DNA of 31,016 nt from positions 1 to 31,016 of the IMG/VR virus record IMGVR_UViG_3300035135_000794. One strand, 5' to 3'. The notes under the pieces were generated by a model that was given only the letters and a program-made list of their open reading frames with translations, did no database searches and was not told the DNA's origin. Source of the stretch: a virus (taxonomy: Duplodnaviria > Caudoviricetes). A program made the translations under genes and the position numbers. Below, piece by piece: positions 1 through 9,000 of the stretch; position 1 is the stretch's first letter; each line of letters opens with the position of its first letter.

Positions 1-1495
1 CACTTGTTCCGACATATTCAGAGTCAGATAATCTAACTCCATTCAGATAGACATCAATAGCTCCTGCCACATATGTTCCAGCAAAAGAAGTTTGACCTTC
101 ATTCGCGGAGAATGTGATAGTTGATTTACTTGTTTGAGCAACATCAGGTGTTAATCCCTGAATACCTTGGAGACCTTGGATACCTTGTGCAGCAAAAGCA
201 CCATTAAGACCCTGAGTACCTGTGGTTCCCTGAGTTCCTGTTGATCCCTGAGTGCCTGTGGTGCCCTGCACACCAGCACCAGTAGCACCTTGGAGACCAA
301 GATTACCTTGGATACCAGTGGTTCCCTGGACGCCCTGTAATGCCTCTCCTTGAATACCTTGGATACCCAAGTTACCCTGGATACCTGTTTGACCCTGAAT
401 ACCAGTGGTTCCTTGGAGACCCTGAGTTCCTTGTGTTCCTGTGGTTCCTTGTGGACCCGTAATGTTTCCAACATCATCCCAAGAACTACCGTTCCAAGTC
501 CATAAGTGACCTGTATCTAAGGTGATGTATCCATCACCAACATTTCCAGTGTAAGAAGATGGATATCCTGGAAGATCATCATCAGTAGCAACACTACCAA
601 GAATAGTAACACCACGACCACTTGTTCCTTGAACACCTAAAGTTCCTTGTGGACCTTGAATACCCTGTGCTGCATATTCTCCATTAAGACCCTGAATACC
701 TTGGATACCAAGATCACCCTGAATACCAGTTGTTCCTTGAATACCTTGTAAACCTCTCAGAGCATTACCAAAGTCAAACTTGACGAGATCAAGTACGTCT
801 CCAGCATTGGCGGCATCATTTAAGACAATGTTAGTCGCACTTGTTCCTACGTATTCTGATTCAGATAATCTGACACCGTTTAAGAATACGTCTATTGCAC
901 CAGCAACATAAGTTCCTGCAAAAGAAGTCTGACCTTCATTTGCGGAAAATGTAATTGTTGTTTTACTTGTTTGGGCAACATCGGGAGTTAAACCTTGAAT
1001 ACCCTGAAGACCTTGGATACCTTGTGCAGCGAAAGCACCATCAAGACCCTGAGTACCAGTAGTTCCCTGAAGACCTTGAAGTCCTCTAGTTCCTTGAATA
1101 CCAGTTAAACCTTGGATTCCAGTCGTTCCTTGGATTCCTTGAGTTCCCTGAGCACCAGTAGTTCCTTGGATGCCAAGATCACCCTGGATACCAGTCGTTC
1201 CCTGTGGTCCTTGAAGACCCTGAACTCCTTGTAATCCTTGAAGACCTTGTACGCCCTGAATACCTCTAAAAGCATTACCAAAGTCAAATTTGACCAGATC
1301 TAAAACGTCGCCTACATTAGCGGCATCATTAAGAACAATATTAGTTCCACTTGTTCCTACAAACTCCGATTCTGATAATCTAACGCCGTTCAGATAAACA
1401 TCAATCGCTTCTGGAACGTATGTTGCTCCAAAAGATACTTGACCTTCAGTAGCAGAAAAAGTAATTGTATTTTTTTCTGTTTGTGCTACATCAGG
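1..1495 (-). repeat. Three copies of a ~75-aa globular domain 'A' (PDVAQT..TITFSA.EGQ.SF..TYV..AIDV[YF]LNGVRLS.SE.VGTS.TNIVLNDAAN.GDVLDLVKFDFGNA) at 1271-1495, 761-985 and <1-148
   Basis: Manual translation and alignment; offsets of 510 and 837 bp. Each copy follows a GAFAAQG interruption in the collagen. Confidence 0.9.
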
Positions 1496-2074
1496 TTCTC
1501 TACCCTGGATACCTTGAGTTCCTTGGATACCCTGTGCAGCAAAAGCACCAGCGATTCCTTGAGTACCAAAAGTTCCTTGGGTACCAGTTAAACCTTGAGT
1601 TCCTGTTGTGCCCTGAGCACCAGTAGTTCCTTGAGTACCACTGACTCCACTTGTACCTTGAGTTCCAGTGGTTCCTTGAGGACCAACGATTTGACCAACG
1701 TTATCGAAACTAGATCCATTATAAACGTGAAGATCGCCTGTTCCAGTTACAACATAAGCGTCTCCAGTGGATCCGCCATAGGGATTTGGAAGATCACCAA
1801 CCGTAGCAACGTTTCCTACAATATTCAGACCTCTACCAGTGACACCTTGGATACCAGTATCTCCTTGGATACCTGTTGTTCCTTGAGATCCTTGAGCACC
1901 AGTGGTTCCCTGAATACCAGTCGCATAGTTTAGACCACTCCAACTGGTGGTACCAATACCAATTTTAAATCTCTGAGTGTCTAGTTCTACGCCAAGTTCA
2001 CCTTCAGCGAGAATGGGATTAGCAGAAGTCCATGCAGAGGCATTACCTCTTCTTATCTGAATTCGTGTTGCCAT
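1..2074 (-). CDS. Collagen-like tail fibre / virion appendage protein with an Mtd-N (hyaluronidase-N)-like N-terminal domain; >691 aa, runs off the left edge
   Basis: Not in the ORF track because there is no stop inside the window. Translated by hand from ATG at 2074: MATRIQIRRGNASAWTSANPILAEGELGVELDTQRFKIGIGTTSWSGLNY, then G-X-Y runs (GIQ/GTT/GTQ/GLQ) interrupted by repeated globular domains. The frame stays open to position 2. Confidence 0.9.
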   Translation of the reverse strand, partial: MATRIQIRRGNASAWTSANPILAEGELGVELDTQRFKIGIGTTSWSGLNYATGIQGTTGAQGSQGTTGIQGDTGIQGVTGRGLNIVGNVATVGDLPNPYGGSTGDAYVVTGTGDLHVYNGSSFDNVGQIVGPQGTTGTQGTSGVSGTQGTTGAQGTTGTQGLTGTQGTFGTQGIAGAFAAQGIQGTQGIQGREPDVAQTEKNTITFSATEGQVSFGATYVPEAIDVYLNGVRLSESEFVGTSGTNIVLNDAANVGDVLDLVKFDFGNAFRGIQGVQGLQGLQGVQGLQGPQGTTGIQGDLGIQGTTGAQGTQGIQGTTGIQGLTGIQGTRGLQGLQGTTGTQGLDGAFAAQGIQGLQGIQGLTPDVAQTSKTTITFSANEGQTSFAGTYVAGAIDVFLNGVRLSESEYVGTSATNIVLNDAANAGDVLDLVKFDFGNALRGLQGIQGTTGIQGDLGIQGIQGLNGEYAAQGIQGPQGTLGVQGTSGRGVTILGSVATDDDLPGYPSSYTGNVGDGYITLDTGHLWTWNGSSWDDVGNITGPQGTTGTQGTQGLQGTTGIQGQTGIQGNLGIQGIQGEALQGVQGTTGIQGNLGLQGATGAGVQGTTGTQGSTGTQGTTGTQGLNGAFAAQGIQGLQGIQGLTPDVAQTSKSTITFSANEGQTSFAGTYVAGAIDVYLNGVRLSDSEYVGTS
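458..1837 (-). repeat. Two copies of a ~52-aa domain 'B' (GRG..I.G.VAT..DLP....GD.Y....TG.L..[YW]NGSS[FW]D.VG.I.GPQG) at 1685-1837 and 458-619
   Basis: Manual translation. This small domain type commonly interrupts phage collagen fibres. Confidence 0.85.
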
Positions 2075-2740
2075 TTAAATTTCTCCCCCTTCAATAGCCT
2101 CGATACCGCCGTAATTTGAGTCAGGCAATCCTCCATCAAGATTGCCCTGTAATTCAACCCTAACAGTGGTAATTCCGCTAGGCGATGATGTAACAGTTTG
2201 AATACCAGTTCCAGTAAAATTTATGGTACTAGAACCAGCACCTATGTTTGTTCCATCTTTCTGTATGATCACGGAACTGATTCCAGTTCCTCCTCCACCA
2301 CCACCAGCTATGCTGATATCGACGGTAGTTCCGCTAACAGAGAAAGTATTTCCAGCACCAATAAAATTGAGTGTTGTGATTCCATATCCAAGGACCGTGC
2401 CCCCAGACTGAATTCCAACACCAACACCACCACCAATAAATTGACTAGCAGTTATTACACCAGAAACGTTGATGTCACCCTCTACATCTAATTTAGATGT
2501 GGGGATTGTGTTACCAACACCAACATTTCCAGCAGTAAAATATGCATTGTATGCGTCGGTTCCTGTTCCGACCGACCATGCATTTACAGCGAAAACTGTT
2601 GTGCCTATGCCTGCATTTTTAGAGGCATAGAGTTTTCCATCATTAGTATTTAAAGCTAGTTCTCCCAGGGGGAGCTGATCCGCCGTAGGCTGTTTGCCCG
2701 GTATGGCAGACCGTTTTATCCTAATATTCGGATCGGCCAT
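2075..2740 (-). CDS. Short fibre/adaptor protein (221 aa): Mtd-N-like N-terminus, beta-repeat shaft, C-terminal xGG peptide
   Basis: N-term MADPNIRIKRSAIPGKQPTADQLPLGELALNTNDGKLY; two 'TLNF.G.G'-type repeats; C-term NLDGGLPDSNYGGIEAIEGGEI. TAAATA motifs lie upstream. Confidence 0.8.
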   Translation of the reverse strand: MADPNIRIKRSAIPGKQPTADQLPLGELALNTNDGKLYASKNAGIGTTVFAVNAWSVGTGTDAYNAYFTAGNVGVGNTIPTSKLDVEGDINVSGVITASQFIGGGVGVGIQSGGTVLGYGITTLNFIGAGNTFSVSGTTVDISIAGGGGGGTGISSVIIQKDGTNIGAGSSTINFTGTGIQTVTSSPSGITTVRVELQGNLDGGLPDSNYGGIEAIEGGEI

Positions 2741-2754
2741 TCAATTTGGTGTGG

Positions 2755-2799
2755 TATTTACCGTAAAAAAACCGATATTTATCGGTATATTTTATTTAG
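2755..2799 (-). promoter_or_regulatory. Cluster of three T4-type late promoter cores (TAAATA) at 2793-2798, 2776-2781 and 2755-2760
   Basis: Minus strand reads cc-TAAATA-aaatataccga-TAAATA-tcggtttttttacgg-TAAATA-ccacacc upstream of the ATG at 2740. Confidence 0.65.
2765..2786 (-). terminator. Intrinsic terminator after the 76-aa gene
   Basis: Minus strand: ACCGAT-aaat-ATCGGT (6-bp stem) followed by a T-tract (2765-2770), 23 nt after the stop at 2810. Confidence 0.6.
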
Positions 2800-2809
2800 G
2801 ATAATTCAA

Positions 2810-3040
2810 CTATGTTGTTTTTCTGGACCTACTTGTTGTTTTCGTTTGCTGTTCTCCCTTCTCTCTCAAATCCCTAAGTGTTTGCAATTCAAAAGACATG
2901 TGCTCTATTTCAGTCTTTAATGCAGTAATAGTAGATTTTTGTGCTTGTATTTGTGATTCTAATACAATATTGGCATTAAAAAGTTCAAATGCTTTTTGCT
3001 GATATGTTGCAATAACAGACTTATATTCTTCTTCAGACAT
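2810..3040 (-). CDS. Small coiled-coil protein (76 aa), hypothetical; possible fibre assembly helper
   Basis: Fills the gap between two fibre genes, has its own TAAATA at 3068-3073, and shows a heptad-like pattern (LESQIQAQKSTITALKTEIEHMSFELQTL). Confidence 0.8.
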   Translation of the reverse strand: MSEEEYKSVIATYQQKAFELFNANIVLESQIQAQKSTITALKTEIEHMSFELQTLRDLREKGEQQTKTTSRSRKTT

Positions 3041-3067
3041 AAAAAAGGGGGAAGGATAACCTTCCCC
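3041..3067 (-). terminator. Intrinsic terminator after the 988-aa gene, abutting the ATG of the 76-aa gene
   Basis: Minus strand: GGGGAAGG-ttat-CCTTCCCC (8-bp stem, 3048-3067), then C-TTTTTT-ATG. Confidence 0.75.
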
Positions 3068-3074
3068 TATTTAG
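3068..3074 (-). promoter_or_regulatory. T4-type late promoter (CTAAATA)
   Basis: Plus-strand tatttag, 27 nt upstream of the ATG at 3040. Confidence 0.6.
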
Positions 3075-3092
3075 AAATTATGTTTTATCTTT

Positions 3093-6059
3093 CTAGAACG
3101 AACCACCATCGATGGTTATATTTTGAAGTGTCCTTACTCCTCCAGAACAATCAACCAATTGAGATTGTCCTGCACAATCATTAATCCAAATAGAACCTAC
3201 CTCAATCGCAGCATAATTAGAGACGGTAACTTGTGGACTATCATTATCAGTTCCTCCACCATCGGTTACTTGCGATCCGAACTTGAATCTTGCATCACCA
3301 TGTTCCCAAATAACACCAGACTTCTTAGCGCCTGAGGAATTATAATTGAAGAGAACGCCAAGATCCCAAGTTGTTGCGGATGAAGGAGCAGAACCATCTA
3401 CCTGACCCAACTCAATTGTTCTGTCTTCGACAGTCATCGAAGAAGAATTTACTTGAGTAGTAGAACCATTTACAAACAGATTTCCTGTGACAGTTAGGTT
3501 CTGAGCAGCAACGAAATTACCACTTGAATCAACCGTAGCAGCAGTAGTGCCGTTACTGTGAGCGATCGTTGGTGTTTTTACGCTCGCAGCACTTACAGCA
3601 GATCCGACTACTACGGATGATGCTGTCAACTCTCCACTGTCAGCCTTGAATGTCAGGTTTGTTCCCGATTTAGGAGCAAGATTTCCTGTTGCGTCTGTTA
3701 CGAATAATGGGAAACAAGTAGTATCCGAAGATTCATCAGCAACCGTTACGTTCGTTGCAGTTGTCGCAGTTGTCGCACTTGTCGCGGATGTTGCAGTATC
3801 AGCGTTACCAGTTAAATCACCAACAAAGGTAGTTGCAGTTACAACACCAGTAATATGAGCACCATAATCAGCAATGGTTACCGCTGTTCCAACATTCAGT
3901 TTTGTAGTTACTGTTGCTATTCCCGAGACACTTACGTTATCTAAGAATCTTGCAGGTGTAGCAGTTTGAATGTTGTCGGTTGAAGCAACACCAGTTAAAC
4001 CTGAACCATCTCCAGAGAAACTAGTTGCTGTGATTACTCCAGTTGCATGAATGCCATAATTAGCAATCGTTACTGCAGAACCAACAACAATTTGACTTGC
4101 GGTTGCGTCTCCAAGAACAGGTGTTACTAATGTTGGAGTGTTTGCAAATACAAGAGCACCAGTACCAGTCTCATCTGTTACTGCTCCTGCTAAGTTGGCA
4201 GAAGAAGGAGTTGCTAAGAATGTAGAAACATTCGCACCGAGACCAGTGACATTTGAAAGTGCTAAACCACCATCAAAAGTAGTGGCGGTTACAATTCCAG
4301 TTGATTTAATATTTACTGCATCTACAGAACCAGTGAAATCAGTATCACCTGCAATGGTGACTGTATCTGCAATTGAATCACCTATGGTTGTGATTCCAGA
4401 TACATTCAGGTTTCTTGTTCTGATATCAGCGCCAATAGAAGCACCACCAGTAACTTCAAGTCCAGAAACGTAAAGTGATCCCGCAACTGTACCAACACCA
4501 GAAATATTTAAGTTTCTCCAGGCTTTTCCACTTCCTAAATCATACTCGTCTGTTGTATTTGGAATTAAACTGGATACAAATTCACCTGCAACATTAATAT
4601 CATCTGTATCAGCATCACCAAGATTGATTGTTCCACCCCTGAATGTGGCAACACCAACAAACTCAGAATATCCTTGTACGTTTAGATTTCCACCAATCGT
4701 TAAATTCTTATCAATTCCTACGCCACCATCAATCAGTAACGCACCTGTATTTGAATCACCTAAGGTATTCTCAGTAGTATTAGAAACAGTAGTAATACCA
4801 GTTATTTTGGCATTAGTAGTTTCTAAACTTGTACTGGTCAGATTTGTTACTGTTCCAGTAGCAATGGTAGCAATACCAGTTACTTTTGAATTAGTAGTTT
4901 CTAAACTTGTACTGGTCAGATTTGTGATCGTGCCAGTTACAGTTTCTAAAGTAGCAATGGTAGCAATGCCAGTTACTTCTGCATTAGCAAAAGTAGACAC
5001 TCCAGTGGCATTTATGTCTGCAATACTAAGTTGCCTAGAACTTAATACCTCAGTTTCATTTATTTTGTAGACTTTTCCAGATGCTAAATCTAGATTCTCA
5101 CTAGATTTGAGACTGTCACTGCTAAAGTCATATACAAATGTCTTACGAATATTTGCGGAACCAATTCCAATACCAGCACCATCTAGAGTCTCTGCAGAAC
5201 CTACTGTTGTTGCAATACCAACATTAAAGTCTGCAAGTTCGATTGCAGTAGAATTGACAATAAATTGTGTGCCATCTACAAACAGATCACCTTTAACTCT
5301 AACGGCACCTGTGTCATCACCAACTCCAGCTGGATCTAAAACAATCTCAGATGGACCACTGATGGTGTCACTAGTGACTCTAATAGCAGATCCTTCTGCT
5401 CCAGTATGGAAAGCTGTTGCAGTTACAACACCAGAGATGTTTGCAGTGGTGCCAACCAAGTTTGTGACTGTTCCCAGTCCACTGACATTGACATTTGCGA
5501 AGTTGGAATCTCCACCCGAAGAAACAACTCCCTTAGTGCCAGCGTATCTTGCTCCACTAATATAAACACTCTTTCCTGTGAAACTTACTCCATCGGGGAG
5601 ATTAGTTCCAATAAAGTGAAGTGTACCTGCCTGGTAATCAAAGAACCATTCATCATTGTTTCCAGAACCAGTTGCAAATAGTTGTGTTCCACTTGCAGCA
5701 GCGTTAGAAGCATCGCTAGAAGTATGGACGTATACCTTAACTAAGTATGTCGCTCCAATTTCAGGAGGAATCCAATCAATTTGTCCAGTTTTCCAGGTTC
5801 TATTTGAAGCAGATGTAGCATCTACAGTAGTTTCAATAGGAGCAGTTGTAGGATATACAGTAACTATACTGGTGCTACTTCCAGGTATAGTAGTTGGAAC
5901 AGATCCAGACTGTGCCCAAATATTCTCTCCTCTAATTAAAAGCGGACTAGCGATAGATTCGTTAGGTGCTTTCTTGTTTGCGTTTGTGTCGGTTTTGGCG
6001 CGACCATATCCCAGTTTCTTCCAGAGATAGTCTACCTTTTGTGCGTCAGATATTGCCAT
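3093..6059 (-). CDS. Long tail-fibre-like virion protein (988 aa): N-terminal 'DYLWKK' globular domain, Thr/Gly-rich beta-repeat shaft, C-terminal IDGGSF
   Basis: ORF track. Repeated GVVTAT(S/T)F, 'GDL.V.G' and 'LN(V/I)SG' shaft motifs; ends ITIDGGSF; starts 1 nt after the upstream stop. Confidence 0.8.
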   Translation of the reverse strand: MAISDAQKVDYLWKKLGYGRAKTDTNANKKAPNESIASPLLIRGENIWAQSGSVPTTIPGSSTSIVTVYPTTAPIETTVDATSASNRTWKTGQIDWIPPEIGATYLVKVYVHTSSDASNAAASGTQLFATGSGNNDEWFFDYQAGTLHFIGTNLPDGVSFTGKSVYISGARYAGTKGVVSSGGDSNFANVNVSGLGTVTNLVGTTANISGVVTATAFHTGAEGSAIRVTSDTISGPSEIVLDPAGVGDDTGAVRVKGDLFVDGTQFIVNSTAIELADFNVGIATTVGSAETLDGAGIGIGSANIRKTFVYDFSSDSLKSSENLDLASGKVYKINETEVLSSRQLSIADINATGVSTFANAEVTGIATIATLETVTGTITNLTSTSLETTNSKVTGIATIATGTVTNLTSTSLETTNAKITGITTVSNTTENTLGDSNTGALLIDGGVGIDKNLTIGGNLNVQGYSEFVGVATFRGGTINLGDADTDDINVAGEFVSSLIPNTTDEYDLGSGKAWRNLNISGVGTVAGSLYVSGLEVTGGASIGADIRTRNLNVSGITTIGDSIADTVTIAGDTDFTGSVDAVNIKSTGIVTATTFDGGLALSNVTGLGANVSTFLATPSSANLAGAVTDETGTGALVFANTPTLVTPVLGDATASQIVVGSAVTIANYGIHATGVITATSFSGDGSGLTGVASTDNIQTATPARFLDNVSVSGIATVTTKLNVGTAVTIADYGAHITGVVTATTFVGDLTGNADTATSATSATTATTATNVTVADESSDTTCFPLFVTDATGNLAPKSGTNLTFKADSGELTASSVVVGSAVSAASVKTPTIAHSNGTTAATVDSSGNFVAAQNLTVTGNLFVNGSTTQVNSSSMTVEDRTIELGQVDGSAPSSATTWDLGVLFNYNSSGAKKSGVIWEHGDARFKFGSQVTDGGGTDNDSPQVTVSNYAAIEVGSIWINDCAGQSQLVDCSGGVRTLQNITIDGGSF
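4812..4925. repeat. Perfect 36-bp direct repeat (4812-4847 and 4890-4925) encoding TNLTSTSLETTN twice
   Basis: attagtagtttctaaacttgtactggtcagatttgt occurs twice with a 78-bp period. Confidence 0.9.
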
Positions 6060-6060
6060 C

Positions 6061-9000
6061 TCAAGAAGCCTCCCCTATGCTAAGTGCTGTGACTGATTGC
6101 CCAGACGCCAATGCAATTCGGACAAGAACTACATTATCTTGAGCATTACTCATATTCTCTTCACCGAGAGTCATTGTGTATCCACCACTTAGAGCAGTTG
6201 ACGCTTGTATTCGATCCCCGCTAGTGAAAGCACAACCATCACTTCCATTACCTCCAGTGCCAGATCCAGGTGTACCTGCTCCAGCGTAAGTGGTATCTGC
6301 TCTCAACCAACCGTTCAATCCACTAGTAGCATCGATGTTCGTGCCTGGTGCTGCAATGAAGAGACCAGTGATTCCCGCCGATGTTATGTTGATATCAAAA
6401 CTAGCAACGTTCGTTCTTCTGAATGCAAAGGTGAAGTATTGAGTTCCCGATCTAGAAGAAAGATCTGGTCCTACAGGCAGATAACCTGAAGAATAATCTG
6501 TCTCATCATGTTTGATGGTACCGAGTCTCAAAACTGCCTCAGTTGAAGTGGAAATTCCTGGATCAGCTGATTCAGAGTAAGCGTTATTTGTGTAGTAATT
6601 TGTTGTGGTTGTAAATCCTGGAGTGTTTGTTGTCTCTCCAGAGAAATCAAAGATTCTCACGCCATCGTCATCGTAAGTTGCACCAAGAGCATCAGCAGCA
6701 GCAATAGCGATTTCGGAAATTCCCGATTGTGCTGCAGTATGAACTTGAATGTTTGTTCCAATATCACTGGAGTAATTACCAACTCCATTTACGTTTCTTG
6801 CACGAACTTTGATCCGATCGACTGTCCGTACACTGCTGCTTGTGATTGGAATTGTTAAACTTCCAATAGCGTATGCAGATGAAGTTCCAGTGTTCGCCTT
6901 TGGAGTTCCACTATCCAACATTGTTGTGGAACCATCAATATTGGCATAAGTGAAATCAGAACTGGTGATTGCAGAACTAGAAGTGGATTCTTGATTTGTT
7001 CCGCTATCGACCTCTACGATGTTGGATTGGTTTGTATAAGTTTGACCAACCAAGTCATCGATAGTTACACCAGCAAGGGTTAGATTTGGTGAACCAGAAT
7101 TATAATATGGAATACCAGAAACATATCTGAATGTTCCTGCAGTATTTTGGGTTAATGTAGCACTACCGACATTAGTAGTTGGATTTGCTGTGAGATCGTC
7201 TTTAACAAACTCTACCGTATTTGTGTTTCCAGTTGCACTATGCGATAGTTGCATACTGTTAGCACCAACACTTAAACCAGAGACCGCTTTAGAAACTCTA
7301 GCTTTGAATCCTTTATAAAGACCAGGATAGTAAATGCTGTTCGCGAAAGAAGTTGATGAACCTCCAGAATCAAGGAGTTGATAGTCGCTTTCTGAATCAA
7401 CTACCAGACTTGTGTAAGTTCCACTCTGATCTCCACTTGCAAGTGTTACATTTCCATCTCCAGAACCGTTGACATTTGCCGTTAGGGTTCCAGAATCGCC
7501 GTTGTATGCGAAAGAAGTAATTGGACCTGCAACCGCAGTTCCAGTAGTTACACGATTTACATCGTCTCCTGCAGCAATAGTCGATCCTCCAGTATTGTCT
7601 GTAAATCCATGAGCGAGTTTAGGACTTGTTCCAGTACTAGAAACGTTGGAAAGAGTTTTGCTGCTTAAACCATCTGGAGCAGTAGGAGCATCATCATAAA
7701 CTTTGAGAGTTACTGTTCCGCTAGCAGGAATTACTGCGGGATCAGCGGTCGCATGAGTGTTTAAAGTAAGTGTTAAAGTATCTCTACCTGTTCCACTATT
7801 AGTTCCTTGCGCCCATGTATGCTGCAATCTATCTGCACTAGTGCTAGCGCCGCCACCAACAGTGTTACTTGCGACGAAACTGACATCAGAACCATCGCCC
7901 CAGTTGACTGTATATGTTGCACCAGAACCAACCTGAGTTGCATTCGTAGTGTTATTATCCAAGTAGAGTGATTGACCCTCTACAACATACAGATCGTTTC
8001 CAGAAAGAGCACTTCCTCCACTAGACGCTCTGTAAAGAGCAAAGGAAACAGATGGGTCACCAGTGTAAACTAAAACAAAATTAGATTTTGTTGATGATTG
8101 AGAACTTCCAGCACCAGTACCAGAAGAGTTTTTTGCGGTAACAGTAATATTGAAAGTTCCGCCGGCTGGTTCAGTATAAGTGTGTGATGGTGTTGAGTCT
8201 GATGTGTCATATGTTACATCGCCATCACCCCAATCAATATCATATCGATTGGCATTTCCAGAACTGGTGATTGTTAATGTAGGAGTTAGAGGAGATCCTC
8301 CAGTTGTGCTTACACCACTAAAATCAACATTAGTAACAGCGGTGTTTTTAATGATGTTTAATGCAAGTTCATTCAGATCATCAATACTGTTGACAATCTT
8401 AGTACTTCCAGTAAAGTGTGTAAGTGCTCCGTCAGTAAGACTTCCGTCTGTAGGACTTCCTAAAGTCAATTCGCCACCTGCACCCTCAAAAGAAGTTGCA
8501 GTTACAACTCCAGTTGCATGTACCCCGTAATCGGCAATTGTTACCGCTGATCCAACTTCTACACTGCTGGATATTTCTACAGCACTAACAAATGTGGTGA
8601 TACCTGCGAAAAGTGCCTCTCCAGAAACACTGATGGCAGAACCAACGGTAACACTTTTGTTAACTCCAAGACCACCATCAACTTGAAGAGCACCTGTATC
8701 TGGATCTCCTAAAGTTACTTCTTGGGTTGAAGTAAATGTAGTGATTGAGGAAAAATCTACCGAAGAAGAAGCCCAGGTTAAATTTCCTGCTCCATCGTTC
8801 GTTAAAACTGTTGATGCATCGCCTTGTGTACCAGGCAATACATAAACTACGTTCCCTGCTAGAGAATCTGGGGACTTTAGGGTTATGTAATTGGTACCAT
8901 TATCGGTACCTTCTACTAAATTTACTCCGCTTCCTGTCGTAGCGGTATCTTTTGTCCAATATCTATGAGAACCAACAAACTTGTTCGTTGCTAGTGCGGA

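Noticed and set aside
1-1495. Diversity-generating retroelement (prompted by Mtd-N domains plus near-identical repeats)
   Set aside because: Mismatches between copies are mostly synonymous third-position changes including C/T, not adenine-specific. All copies lie inside one ORF, and no reverse transcriptase or C-type lectin variable region is visible.
150-1920. CRISPR-like or satellite array from recurring ccttg/ccctg/ataccttg words
   Set aside because: The 9-bp periodicity is collagen G-X-Q coding. There is no constant repeat with unique spacers.
151-1933. ORF-track entries 151-477(-), 1105-1287(-) and 1595-1933(+)
   Set aside because: Alternate-frame or antisense shadows of the collagen gene, whose frame is continuously open.
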